From Minisyncoccota bacterium (GTDB taxonomy: Bacteria; Patescibacteriota; Minisyncoccia; Phycocordibacterales; CAJBRS01), in NCBI GenBank assembly GCA_035652395.1, contig DASRDX010000012.1:96778-160777 (forward strand): a stretch of 64,000 bases of DNA, written 5' to 3'. A model generated the notes under the pieces. That model was not told the DNA's origin, made no database searches, and saw nothing but the letters and a program-made list of their open reading frames with translations. Each line of letters begins with the position of its first letter. The first letter of the stretch is position 1. The translations under genes were made by a program, and so were the position numbers. Shown here in pieces: positions 9,307 through 18,922 of the stretch.

Positions 9307-9837
9307 GTGTCCGGCCACAATAAATGGTCACAAATTAAACATCGAAAAGCTGCCACTGATGCCAAGAAAAGTCAGCTTTTTTCGAAGTTGGGGCGTTTAA
9401 TTACAGTGGAATCCAAAAAGGCGGCCGGCAAGACCAGCTCGCCCAGTTTGGCGGTAGCGATTGAGAAAGCTCGCAAAGAAAATATGCCCAAAGACGTAAT
9501 TGAGCGAGCGATTAAAAAAGGAACGGAAAGCAATACCGGTTCAATGGAAGCCATTACCTACGAAGCATATGGCCCGGGCGGATCAGCCATTATGATTGAA
9601 GTGCTCACTGACAATCGAAATAAATCAGCCCAAGAAATGAAATTTATTCTCTCTAAAAATGACTCTTCGCTTGCCGGCATTGGGGCCGCCAGCTGGGCTT
9701 TTGAAAGAAAAGATCGAGAATGGCTGCCAAAAACTACAGTTCAATTAGAGGATAGCGATTTGGAAAAACTAGAAAAGCTGGTGGATGAGCTTGAAAGTAA
9801 TGAAGATGTTCAGGCCGTTTTCACTAATGTAGAATAA
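9307..9837 (+). CDS. yebC: YebC/PmpR-family transcriptional regulator, shortened
   Basis: 176 aa. N-terminal MSGHNKWSQIKHRKAATDAKK and C-terminal NEDVQAVFTNVE match the family; about 60 aa of the middle domain is missing. Confidence 0.75.
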   Translation: MSGHNKWSQIKHRKAATDAKKSQLFSKLGRLITVESKKAAGKTSSPSLAVAIEKARKENMPKDVIERAIKKGTESNTGSMEAITYEAYGPGGSAIMIEVLTDNRNKSAQEMKFILSKNDSSLAGIGAASWAFERKDREWLPKTTVQLEDSDLEKLEKLVDELESNEDVQAVFTNVE

Positions 9838-9841
9838 TGAT

Positions 9842-10318
9842 ATGAAAATCTTGGCAGTTGATCCGGGGTATGAGCGATTGGGGGTAGCAATTATAAAGAA
9901 GAATCCCGGAGAAAAAGAGCGAGTTATTTATTCCAACTGTTTCAAAACTTCAGCCAAGCAACCCTTTGAAGAAAGGTTACTTTTAATTGGTCAGGAGATT
10001 AAAAGACTGATTAAGGAGTTTGAACCGGCGGCTTTGGCTATTGAAACTTTGTATTTCACCAATAATCAGAAGACTGCCATGCATGTCTCCGAGGTTCGGG
10101 GAGTAGTTACTTACGAAGCACTGTGTGCCAGCATGAAGTTATTTGAATACACCCCTCTTCAAATTAAAGTGGCGGTGACTGGCTACGGTGGCGGCGATAA
10201 AAAGCAGGTTATTTCCATGATCGAGAAGTTGGTGACTATCGATAAAAATATTGCTCACGACGACGAGTACGACGCCATTGCCGTCGGCTTGACTTACTTT
10301 GCCACAGCTCGTCTTTAG
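9842..10318 (+). CDS. ruvC: crossover junction endodeoxyribonuclease RuvC
   Basis: 158 aa. MKILAVDPGYERLGVAI start and the conserved yebC-ruvC adjacency. Confidence 0.8.
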   Translation: MKILAVDPGYERLGVAIIKKNPGEKERVIYSNCFKTSAKQPFEERLLLIGQEIKRLIKEFEPAALAIETLYFTNNQKTAMHVSEVRGVVTYEALCASMKLFEYTPLQIKVAVTGYGGGDKKQVISMIEKLVTIDKNIAHDDEYDAIAVGLTYFATARL

Positions 10319-10392
10319 GAGTAAGGTAAGTAAGTCTCTTCTCAAGCGTCTTAGATTGTAAGGCATTATTTATCAGTTAATCAATTATTAAC

Positions 10393-10656
10393 ATGGCAAC
10401 AATTGTAAACAACCCTCCTCCACAAAATAATGATGGGGGTAGCGGATTCGGTTCAGGTTTAATCATCGGTATTATTATCGTCGTTCTGATCATCTTCTTG
10501 ATCTTCTGGTTCGGAGTAAAAGGAAATAACAGCGCTCCAGCTCCCGCTACAGACACCAATAATGGCAGCACGGTGGTAGTACCGATCCCAACGTATCAGT
10601 CCACTACTAATTCATCTTCAACAACCGTTATTAACAACGGCAGCTCGACAAGATAA
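10393..10656 (+). CDS. small membrane protein with a Thr/Ser-rich tail
   Basis: 87 aa with one strong transmembrane helix LIIGIIIVVLIIFLIFWF; an intrinsic terminator follows. Confidence 0.4.
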   Translation: MATIVNNPPPQNNDGGSGFGSGLIIGIIIVVLIIFLIFWFGVKGNNSAPAPATDTNNGSTVVVPIPTYQSTTNSSSTTVINNGSSTR

Positions 10657-10666
10657 GGACTTATAA

Positions 10667-10699
10667 AGAGGCCGCGCCCAAAGGGCGCGGCCTCTTTTA
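10667..10699 (+). terminator. rho-independent terminator (AGAGGCCGCGCCC-aaa-GGGCGCGGCCTCT followed by TTTT)
   Basis: 13-bp GC-rich stem plus a T-tract. Confidence 0.8.
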
Positions 10700-10741
10700 T
10701 TTCCTTGCTTTTTCCTTAAAAGCGATTAATATCGATTTTGG

Positions 10742-11131
10742 ATGAAAAAGGTCTTTATTGTGGAAGATTATAAAAACATTTTAAAAGGATGGGGTCTTAT
10801 CTGGGAGGCCGATGGCTATGACTTAGAGGTAATACCCGCTTTTACTCTTGAAGAGGCTAATTCCCTTTTAGATCAGGGGATTGACTTCGATCTTGCAGTG
10901 ATCGACGGCCATGTTGGCAAAAACCAACCTTACAACAGCGGAGGTTTGATTCGGCGAATTCGCGCTACGTACTCGGTTCCTATTCTTGCGACTTCCTCCG
11001 AGGTAAAAACGCGGGAACAAATGCAAAAAGATGGATGCAGCGAGGTGGTGGATAAAATGGTTAATATGGCGGTGGTGAACAAGGTGGTGGAAATCCTGGG
11101 ATTAAAGCCGTCGCAACCGTTTCCTGTCTAG
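10742..11131 (+). CDS. stand-alone response-regulator receiver-domain protein
   Basis: 129 aa. KKVFIVEDY (beta1), LAVIDGHVG (the phospho-acceptor Asp position), no output domain. Confidence 0.5.
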   Translation: MKKVFIVEDYKNILKGWGLIWEADGYDLEVIPAFTLEEANSLLDQGIDFDLAVIDGHVGKNQPYNSGGLIRRIRATYSVPILATSSEVKTREQMQKDGCSEVVDKMVNMAVVNKVVEILGLKPSQPFPV

Positions 11132-11279
11132 GGGGCGGTTTTTTATTGTGTACTTTTTGTAAAGATTTAAAAGGCCTATTTTAAAGGGTTTTTGAGCTAT
11201 CCACAGGCCCTTGACAAAACCCTTGATTTTTAAGTTGAGCATGTTACAAATATGGCATTAGTAGCTAGATCATTGCTAA

Positions 11280-11435
11280 ATGTATAGTGAAGATTTTCAA
11301 GCCGACGCAATGGATCAAGAAGAGGTAGTAGAAGACGACAACCTTGATCTGGAAAGCTCGGAATTTGAAGATGAAGAGAATGCTTATCTCGTCAACGACG
11401 AGGAGCTAGACGAAGGATTTCAGTTCCAAGGTTAA
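11280..11435 (+). CDS. small highly acidic protein (51 aa)
   Basis: This ORF is below the cutoff of the six-frame track. It reads MYSEDFQADAMDQEEVVEDDNLDLESSEFEDEENAYLVNDEELDEGFQFQG; a TTGACA-type promoter lies upstream and a strong hairpin follows. Confidence 0.3.
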   Translation: MYSEDFQADAMDQEEVVEDDNLDLESSEFEDEENAYLVNDEELDEGFQFQG

Positions 11436-11445
11436 GAAAAATAAT

Positions 11446-11495
11446 CCGCCCCGAATGCTGGATTTGGCGCAAGCCGAGTCCAGCATTCGGGGCGG
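11446..11495. terminator. bidirectional terminator; 17-bp perfect stem CCGCCCCGAATGCTGGA / TCCAGCATTCGGGGCGG
   Basis: Lies between the convergent small acidic ORF (+) and tyrS (-), with A/T tracts on both sides. Confidence 0.8.
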
Positions 11496-11507
11496 ATTTT
11501 GCGTTTA

Positions 11508-12701
11508 TTAGATCTCCAGTTTAATAAATCTTTTCTTGCCGATTTTTAGAGAGAGCGGCTCTTCGATTTGAAAATTTCTATCGGTAATTTTGGCCCCGCC
11601 CACTACGGAGATCGCTCCCTCATTAATAAGACGAGTAAATTCAGTTTTTGATTTGATAATTTTTTGCTCAAGAAGAATTTCTCCCAGATTGGCGCCCTTT
11701 TTTATTTTAAAAGCTTCAATGTGATCCGGAATTTCGCCTTTTTGAAAGGCGGCCGAAAAAGCTAAGACCGCTTTTTCGGCCGCCTCTTCGCCATGATAAA
11801 TTTTGACGATCTCCATGGCTAATTTTTCTTTCAAATCGCGAGGATTCGTTCCCTCTTTCAACATGTTTTTAATTTTTTCCACATCAGCCTCTGAAAAATC
11901 AGTGCATAATTCAAAACCGACAACAATCATCTCGTCCGTCCAGCTCATTACTTTGCCAAACATTTCATTCGGCCCATCATCAAGACGCACCATATTTCCC
12001 TCGCTCTTTCCCATCTTCTTGCCGGTTGAGTCCACTAAAAGTTTCATGGCGATAACAATTTTTTCCTGATTCTTAATCTGCTTCAGCAATTGTCGTCCGA
12101 CAAGCATATTAAAAGTCTGATCATTTCCTCCGAGCTCGCCGTCAACTTCCAAAGCGACGCTGTCGTAACCTTGGAGAAGCGGGTACAAAAATTCATGAAT
12201 AAAAATTGGCCGCTCATTTTTCATCCTTTCCTCAAACATGTCTCGTTTCAGCATCTGCTCTACTGTCATGTGGGCGGCCAAATCCAGCAATTGAATCATG
12301 CTCATTTTACTAAGCCAATCCGAGTTGTAGCGAATTTCGGCCGGATTTTCGCCCTCAAAATTCAGGAAAACAGCGGCTTGATTTTGATAATTTTTGGCGT
12401 TTTCGGTGATTTCTTTGGCGCTAAGTGGCTTTCTGATGATGTCCTTCCCTGTGGGATCTCCAATCATGGCGGTAAAATCTCCTACTACTAAAATAATTTT
12501 ATGCCCAAGTTTTTGAAGTTCGGCCAATTTCCTTAAGTTAATAGCGTGCCCTAAATGCAAAGACGGACCGGTCGGATCAATTCCTAAATAAAATTTTTGT
12601 TTTTTGTGCTGGAGAATTTTTTGAGCCATCTCTTTATTGGGGAAAATATTTTCCACCCCGCGCTTCAAAATTTCGTCCAGATTGCTTTCTTTCATACTCA
12701 T
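11508..12701 (-). CDS. tyrS: tyrosine--tRNA ligase
   Basis: 397 aa. HIGH-type motif HLGHAINL, KMSKS-type KMGKSEGN, C-terminal S4-like domain. Confidence 0.9.
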   Translation of the reverse strand: MSMKESNLDEILKRGVENIFPNKEMAQKILQHKKQKFYLGIDPTGPSLHLGHAINLRKLAELQKLGHKIILVVGDFTAMIGDPTGKDIIRKPLSAKEITENAKNYQNQAAVFLNFEGENPAEIRYNSDWLSKMSMIQLLDLAAHMTVEQMLKRDMFEERMKNERPIFIHEFLYPLLQGYDSVALEVDGELGGNDQTFNMLVGRQLLKQIKNQEKIVIAMKLLVDSTGKKMGKSEGNMVRLDDGPNEMFGKVMSWTDEMIVVGFELCTDFSEADVEKIKNMLKEGTNPRDLKEKLAMEIVKIYHGEEAAEKAVLAFSAAFQKGEIPDHIEAFKIKKGANLGEILLEQKIIKSKTEFTRLINEGAISVVGGAKITDRNFQIEEPLSLKIGKKRFIKLEI

Positions 12702-12768
12702 AAATGTAGCATAGGCCTCATTTTTTTGGTATTTTTCCCTCTTTCAATGTGCTACCATAGATTGGTAA

Positions 12769-15462
12769 ATGCTACGACGTTTATTTAAGTCCCTCATTGA
12801 TGAGGTTGATTACTTGGCCAATACTTTTGGCTGGATTCTGCGCCACCTTCAAAGCTGGCGCGGCGCTAAATTGGTGTTTCGCACCCTGCTTGCCTATTTT
12901 GTCACCTCCATGATTCTTTTCTGGCGTGGAGTAATCTGGTATTTCAGAGCTTTGCGCAATCCTCGGCGTCGCGGTCGTCTAATCAGAGAAACTATTGCCA
13001 TTCTTATTGTCCTTTTTTTATTTTTTGTCGGCACCACCTTGCTTTGGGCAGCCAGTTTGCAAATTCCCGATCTTAATTCTTTTGACCATCGCCTGATCAG
13101 CCAATCAACTAAAATTTACGACCGCACTGGAAATGTCTTGCTTTATGATTTGGGTGGCGAGGTGCGCCGAACCGTCGTGCCCTTTGATCAAATTTCCCCG
13201 AACATTAAAAATGCCTCGCTGGCTATTGAAGACGCGGGGTTCTACCAGCATGGCGCCATAAAAACCTCCTCAATTATTCGAGCTTTGCTTTATGATCTTA
13301 CTCATTTCACCACCACTCAAGGCGGATCTACCATTACTCAGCAGGTAATTAAAAATTCTCTTCTAAATAACAGTAAAAGTCCTACCAGAAAACTCAAGGA
13401 GTGGATTTTAGCAATTAAGCTGGAGGAGCAGGCCGACAAGGATACTATTCTTAATCTTTATTTAAATATCATTCCCTATGGAGGCAATATTTACGGAGTG
13501 GAAGAAGCTAGTGAGGCCTATTTCGGTGTTCATGCCATTGATTTAACTTTGGCCCAATCGGCTTATTTGGCCGCCATGGTTCAGGCTCCAAGTTATTACT
13601 CTCCTTATGGCGCCCATCGTGACGCGCTCGAGAATCGCAAAAATTTAGTTCTCAGTAAGATGAAAGAAAATGGATTTATTACCGAGGATCAATACAATCA
13701 AGCCCTGGCGGAAAAAATTGCTTTTGTTTCTCAACCTATTAACAGCATAAAAGCTCCGCACTTCTCGATGTATATTGTTCAGTATCTTGAAGATAAGTAT
13801 GGTGAGGATGTGGTTCAGAACGACGGATTGAAAGTTACTACTACACTTGATTACACCGTCCAGCAAAAAGCTGAAGATATTGTCAAAACTTATGTCGACA
13901 CTAATGGGAAAAAGTTTAAAGCTAGTAACGCAGCGTTAGTGGCGGCTGATCCAAAAACCGGTCAGATTTTAGCCATGGTCGGCTCGCGAGATTATTTCAG
14001 CAAAGAAATTGACGGCAATTTTAATGTGGCTACTGCCCATCGCCAGCCGGGATCTTCTTTTAAACCTTTCGTCTACGCCACCGCTTTTAATAAAGGTTAC
14101 ACTCCCGACACTATTCTTTTCGATGTGGATACAGAGTTCAATGCCAACTGTACGCCGGACCACATTCCAACTAATTCTGGAACTACCTGTTATGATCCGC
14201 AAAATTATGAAGGCGGATATCAAGGACCGATGACAATTAGAGCCGCTCTCGGTCAGTCGAGAAACATTCCGGGAGTGAAAGCTTTATATCTGGCGGGAAT
14301 TCAGGCTTCTCTCGATACCGCCCACGCTATGGGTATTCAGAGCCTCAACGCCGGTCCAGCCATTTACGGACTGACCTTAGTACTTGGAGGCGGCGAAGTT
14401 TCTCCCCTGGACATGGCCGAAGCTTATGGAGTTTTCGCCAACAACGGAGCGAAAAATCCGGCCACTGGAATTCTAAGTGTGGTGGATCGTGACGGAAAGG
14501 TTTTGGAACAATACGCCACCGACACGCCGGAGCAGGTTATTCCGGAGCAAACCGCTGAAGAAATGAATGATATTTTATCGGATAATAATGCTCGCGCTCC
14601 GATTTTTGGTTCGCATTATTTTGGCAGCCAGCGCGTGGCCATGAAAACTGGTACGACAAATAATTCGCGTGACGCTTGGATTATCGGCTACACTCCTGAT
14701 ATTTCGGTTAGCGCTTGGATGGGAAACAATGACAACACACCGATGGCCCAACAAGCGGCTGCCACAATTGTGGCACCAATGTGGAAAAAGTTTATGGATG
14801 CTGTTTTGCCTCAATATTCGGCAGATGAATTTAAACCACCAGCCCCTATTGATGAATCAAATATGAAGCCGGTGTTGCGTGGAGTTTGGCAGGGTAATGT
14901 TGCTTACACGCTTGATAAAAGTACGGGATTACTGGCCACGCCAGATACTCCACCAGAGATGCGGCAGGACGTTTATGATAATAATGTTCATGAAATTCTT
15001 TATTACGTGAATAAGAATGATCCGCAAGGTCCGCCGCCTACGAATCCGGCGGCGGACCCCCAATTCGCCAACTGGGAGGCTGGCGTTTCCCGTTGGGCTG
15101 CCACCGCCGGTTACACTAGCAGCACAACCCCTTCTTCAACCGCCCCCACCGGCTTTGATAATGTTCACACTCAGGCGGCCGCTCCCAAAATTTCCATCAC
15201 CAATCCGGGAAATGGGTCTACTTATCCAAAAGATCAAAGGATTACTATTTCTATCAGCAGCCAAGGCTCCTTCCCCCTTTCTAAAGTTGATTACTACATT
15301 AACGGCAGCTATATTGGCACGGCCGATAAAAGTCCGTTCTTTTTCTCCTTTGTGCCGGCAGATGTTCAAAATATTGCCGCCCACAACGAATTGAGAGCGG
15401 TGGCCTACGACAATGTTTTAAATAAAGGAGAGGCTGTAAGTAATTTCGATGTCAGTCCCTAG
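12769..15462 (+). CDS. class A penicillin-binding protein (GT51 glycosyltransferase plus transpeptidase) with a C-terminal extension
   Basis: 897 aa. GT51 motifs EDAGFYQHGAI and GGSTITQQVIKN, transpeptidase SSFKP and KTGTTN, N-terminal membrane anchor. Confidence 0.85.
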   Translation: MLRRLFKSLIDEVDYLANTFGWILRHLQSWRGAKLVFRTLLAYFVTSMILFWRGVIWYFRALRNPRRRGRLIRETIAILIVLFLFFVGTTLLWAASLQIPDLNSFDHRLISQSTKIYDRTGNVLLYDLGGEVRRTVVPFDQISPNIKNASLAIEDAGFYQHGAIKTSSIIRALLYDLTHFTTTQGGSTITQQVIKNSLLNNSKSPTRKLKEWILAIKLEEQADKDTILNLYLNIIPYGGNIYGVEEASEAYFGVHAIDLTLAQSAYLAAMVQAPSYYSPYGAHRDALENRKNLVLSKMKENGFITEDQYNQALAEKIAFVSQPINSIKAPHFSMYIVQYLEDKYGEDVVQNDGLKVTTTLDYTVQQKAEDIVKTYVDTNGKKFKASNAALVAADPKTGQILAMVGSRDYFSKEIDGNFNVATAHRQPGSSFKPFVYATAFNKGYTPDTILFDVDTEFNANCTPDHIPTNSGTTCYDPQNYEGGYQGPMTIRAALGQSRNIPGVKALYLAGIQASLDTAHAMGIQSLNAGPAIYGLTLVLGGGEVSPLDMAEAYGVFANNGAKNPATGILSVVDRDGKVLEQYATDTPEQVIPEQTAEEMNDILSDNNARAPIFGSHYFGSQRVAMKTGTTNNSRDAWIIGYTPDISVSAWMGNNDNTPMAQQAAATIVAPMWKKFMDAVLPQYSADEFKPPAPIDESNMKPVLRGVWQGNVAYTLDKSTGLLATPDTPPEMRQDVYDNNVHEILYYVNKNDPQGPPPTNPAADPQFANWEAGVSRWAATAGYTSSTTPSSTAPTGFDNVHTQAAAPKISITNPGNGSTYPKDQRITISISSQGSFPLSKVDYYINGSYIGTADKSPFFFSFVPADVQNIAAHNELRAVAYDNVLNKGEAVSNFDVSP

Positions 15463-15713
15463 TGGAGATTTTCAAATTTAATTCCGGAAATCTCTTTTGA
15501 TATTCGTTCTAGTATAGTTTGCCGCTTCAATAAAATTTCTGTTTTGGCCACGCCTCCTAATTTTATAAAAAGAGAATTACCCTGAATAATTACTTGTTCT
15601 TTAGAAAGAGTTGCCCCTGTTTCCTGTTGGATAATCTGGCTGATCTGTTCTTTTTTGGCGTCAGGACGCTCAAGATTTCTGAATTTAGAAAGAAAATCGG
15701 AAATGCTTTTCAT
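15459..15713 (-). CDS. DUF721 / DciA-like protein
   Basis: 84 aa. Small basic protein immediately downstream of dnaN, the position where DUF721 genes are typically found. Confidence 0.5.
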   Translation of the reverse strand: MKSISDFLSKFRNLERPDAKKEQISQIIQQETGATLSKEQVIIQGNSLFIKLGGVAKTEILLKRQTILERISKEISGIKFENLH

Positions 15714-15722
15714 TTTAGGGGT

Positions 15723-15746
15723 CGCGGCCGCCTTTGGCGGCCGCGC
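15723..15746. terminator. GC hairpin CGCGGCCGCC-tttg-GGCGGCCGCG between dnaN and the DUF721 gene
   Basis: 10-bp GC stem. Confidence 0.5.
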
Positions 15747-15748
15747 TC

Positions 15749-16852
15749 TTACTTATTCATCGGACTAACTAAATAGAGAAATGATCGATCGTTTACTCCC
15801 CGAATTAATAGGGGTTTATTTGGCCCGCTGAAAGTTAGCTGAACACTGTCGGCGTCAATAGACTGAAAGCAGTCATTAATGTATTTATAATTAAAACTAA
15901 TCTCTAAATCTTCTCCCTTAAGAGCGGCTTCCAGTTTGTCCTGACTTTCCCCCACCTCACCATTTCGACTACTTAATTCAAAAAGTTTGTTTTTGGGGGA
16001 CAAAGACAGACTAATCTGATTAAAGTTGTTGGAAAATATATTGGCAATCTTTAAAGCGTTAATTAAATCCTGTTTTAGAATTACCGCTTCGGAGGTCGAT
16101 TCTTTTGGAATAATTTGTTTGTAGTCTGGGAAAATTCCATCCACCACTCGGGAAAATAATCTTATACCGGGAAGTTCGAAAGAAAGTTGATTTTTATTGA
16201 GCGATAATTCCACCTGGGCTTCACCTGTTTGCTCCAAGACGCGCACAATTTCCGGAATGTTTTTAAAAGGAATCAAAATTTGCGAAAAATCTTTTTTGTT
16301 TTTTATTTTTAGTCGCTTTTCGGCCAACCTAAATGAGTCTGTGGCCACAAACACCACCTCATCATGATCTGGGTAAATAAAAACACTAGAAAGCTCTGGC
16401 TTCATGCTGGAAACAGAGGCACTATACCAAACGGATTTAAATCCGCGGATTAAATCCTTGGTGTTAAAAGTGATTTTTTGTCCGTTTTCTACTTTTGGAA
16501 TGGAGGGAAAATCTTGGTGTGGAACAGCTTTAATTAGGGTCTGGTGTCGCCTGGTAGAAACTTTTAAATTTCCTTCTTTTGTTTCAAAGCGAATATTTTT
16601 GTCCTCTAAAGAACTGTTTATGAAATTATTTAGGACGCTCCCAGGCACAGCCACTTCCCCTTTTTCCTCGGTCTTTACCGGCACCTCCAGCTCAATTCCG
16701 ATGTCTAAATTAGTGGCTTTAATTATTAGGTTGTTGGTTTCCGCCACGAAAAGAACACATTTCAAAACCGGCAAAGTGGCGCTTTTCGCAGTAATTTTTT
16801 CAGCTAAAGATATAGCTGTGCTTAATTTTTCTTTCAATCCTTCTAATTTCAT
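15749..16852 (-). CDS. dnaN: DNA polymerase III beta sliding clamp
   Basis: 367 aa with the three-domain clamp pattern; lies downstream of dnaA. Confidence 0.9.
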   Translation of the reverse strand: MKLEGLKEKLSTAISLAEKITAKSATLPVLKCVLFVAETNNLIIKATNLDIGIELEVPVKTEEKGEVAVPGSVLNNFINSSLEDKNIRFETKEGNLKVSTRRHQTLIKAVPHQDFPSIPKVENGQKITFNTKDLIRGFKSVWYSASVSSMKPELSSVFIYPDHDEVVFVATDSFRLAEKRLKIKNKKDFSQILIPFKNIPEIVRVLEQTGEAQVELSLNKNQLSFELPGIRLFSRVVDGIFPDYKQIIPKESTSEAVILKQDLINALKIANIFSNNFNQISLSLSPKNKLFELSSRNGEVGESQDKLEAALKGEDLEISFNYKYINDCFQSIDADSVQLTFSGPNKPLLIRGVNDRSFLYLVSPMNK

Positions 16853-17087
16853 ATTGTTAACAAGTATTAATATTTCTCTTTATAAAATTTATTATTGCTA
16901 TTATGGGTGTGGATTTGTGTATAACTTTTTTAAACCATAATTTAGAACACCTTTTTCAATTCCTTTAATTTTTTATTGGGGATAATTGAATTATACAATC
17001 TTCCAATATTTAACCTTTTATAAGTTTATGTTGTTTTCCCTAAAATTCTCCCCACCAGCACAACTACTTTCCCCATCCTTTACCTCC
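16853..17087. promoter_or_regulatory. AT-rich dnaA-dnaN intergenic region; candidate oriC segment with DnaA-box-like 9-mers
   Basis: TGTGTATAA (1 mismatch from TGTGGATAA), TGTGGATTT and TTATACAAT. The region is strongly AT-rich. Confidence 0.4.
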
Positions 17088-18419
17088 CTATATCAACGCC
17101 CTAATCTGATTTAGCTCCTGGGCCAGTAAATTATCCACCTTCAACTCATTTTTTATTTTCTCACAGGAATGAATAACAGTGGTGTGGTCGCGGCCACCCA
17201 ATTTTTGACCAATGGTCGGATAAGAGACGTTAAAATCTTCCCGCAAAATATACATTGATAACTGTCTTGGCCGAACCACTTCTTTCCGCCGAGTCTTGTC
17301 GTAAATACTATCCTCCTCCACATTATAAAAGCCAGCCACAATCTTAATAACGTCTTTCACCGAAACATTTTTAGTCGGTTTGGCACTGTTTTTAATGAGA
17401 GTTTTGATTTCCAGAAGATTTAATTCCCGCCCACGGACCTCGGACTGATGAATGAGGCTGTTTAAAATTCCTTCAAGCTCACGAATGTTTCCTTGAATGG
17501 AAGTGGCTAAATACTGCGAAACCTCCTGCGAAAGACTGAAATTGTGAGCCCGACTTTTAGTTTCCAGGATAGCTACTCGCGACTCGTGATCGGGCGGAGG
17601 AATATCAACAATCATACCGGCCACAAACCGAGACTTTAAACGCTCTTCCAGGTTCGGAATAAAATTAGGATGAATATCGGAGGAGAAAATAATCTGTTTG
17701 TTGTTGTCATGAAGGTGGTTAAATAAATGAAATAACTCTTCCTGACACTTGTCTTTGTTGGAAATAAACTGGATATCGTCCATGATCAGGACATCGTATT
17801 TTCGGTATTTGTCCTTAAAATTGTTCATTTTATTGGTCTGGATGTGGTTGACGACGTCTTGAGCGAATTTTTCAGAAGTAATGTAGTAAATTTTTTTGTT
17901 ACTCTGAATTTTCAAGTGATTGCCAATAGCCTGCATCAAATGAGTTTTACCGAGGCCGGTATTTCCATAAATGAAAAGCGGATTGTAAGCGATAGGTTTT
18001 TTAATAATGGCCTGGGCGGCAGCGTACGCCAATTCATTAAACGGACCGACTACAAAAGAATCAAAAGTGTAACGCGGGTTAAGATTATCTTCTTTGTTGA
18101 TATAAAGATCTGAAAAAGGCAGCTCTTTAGTCGGTTGCGGCGCAAAAGAAGCTTCCTGTTTAGGAGCGGTGGTTGAAGTAATGGTGTATTCGAGCGAGCG
18201 GATATTTTCTTGGAGCGAGCGGAGAATCCTTAAAATATTTTTATGGAATTTATTGACTAACCAGTCTTTAACAAAAGCGCTAGGGACGGCTAAAGTTACC
18301 ACCCCGTCTTCTTGTTTAAGAATATAGGTGGGTTTAAACCAGATGTTAAAGTTTCCTTTTGATACCGAAAGCTCAATTTCAGCCAGCACCTTGTCCCAAA
18401 GTTTCTTGTTATCTAACAT
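17088..18419 (-). CDS. dnaA: chromosomal replication initiator DnaA
   Basis: 443 aa. AAA+ Walker A GNTGLGKTHL and a C-terminal DNA-binding domain. Confidence 0.95.
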   Translation of the reverse strand: MLDNKKLWDKVLAEIELSVSKGNFNIWFKPTYILKQEDGVVTLAVPSAFVKDWLVNKFHKNILRILRSLQENIRSLEYTITSTTAPKQEASFAPQPTKELPFSDLYINKEDNLNPRYTFDSFVVGPFNELAYAAAQAIIKKPIAYNPLFIYGNTGLGKTHLMQAIGNHLKIQSNKKIYYITSEKFAQDVVNHIQTNKMNNFKDKYRKYDVLIMDDIQFISNKDKCQEELFHLFNHLHDNNKQIIFSSDIHPNFIPNLEERLKSRFVAGMIVDIPPPDHESRVAILETKSRAHNFSLSQEVSQYLATSIQGNIRELEGILNSLIHQSEVRGRELNLLEIKTLIKNSAKPTKNVSVKDVIKIVAGFYNVEEDSIYDKTRRKEVVRPRQLSMYILREDFNVSYPTIGQKLGGRDHTTVIHSCEKIKNELKVDNLLAQELNQIRALI

Positions 18420-18732
18420 AGTTTAAACACCAGATAAAGATTTAATAAATTTTTCTCATTATAGCCCTCTCTCCAAAATAGCAATCTTGTGAACAGTTTA
18501 TAAGTGTGTTGATAAATTGTGGATAGTGGAGCCGACAGAGTTTTTGGCAGACTGTCAAACCAGCCACTTTTTGAATTTTAATTGTATAGCAAGAAACACT
18601 AATAAATTTTTGTATTCGAAATATTCAGAGAATACAAGAAGTTTTAACTTTACGGTAAAGAGTCAGCAAGCTCCGACATTCGAACAAAGAGATTTTTTTG
18701 GCACAGAGCTAATTTTGAGCTATACTACTTCC
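18420..18732. promoter_or_regulatory. dnaA upstream region / rpmH promoter region; second candidate oriC segment
   Basis: TTGTGGATAG (complement cTATCCACA, 1 mismatch from the DnaA-box consensus), AT-rich tracts, and a TATACT -10 element ahead of rpmH. Confidence 0.4.
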
Positions 18733-18867
18733 ATGTCACGAACTTATCAACCGAAAAAGCGAAAAAGAGCTAAAACTCATGGTTTTTTGGTCAGGAATCG
18801 AACGAAAGGCGGGCGCAAAACCGTTAAAAGACGACGCCAGAAAGGCAGACGACGACTAACTGTTTAA
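18733..18867 (+). CDS. rpmH: 50S ribosomal protein L34
   Basis: 44 aa: [18 protein letters not shown]...GRRRLTV. The six-frame ORF 18517..18867 is trimmed to the internal Met. Confidence 0.9.
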   Translation: MSRTYQPKKRKRAKTHGFLVRNRTKGGRKTVKRRRQKGRRRLTV

Positions 18868-18922
18868 ATAACCCATCTCCTAAATCTCCTAGATTTTTAG
18901 AGGACTCTACCTCTAATCTATT

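Noticed and set aside
12702-12768. T-box leader for tyrS
   Set aside because: Only 67 nt separate the tyrS start from the divergent PBP gene, which is too short for a T-box, and no T-box consensus is seen.
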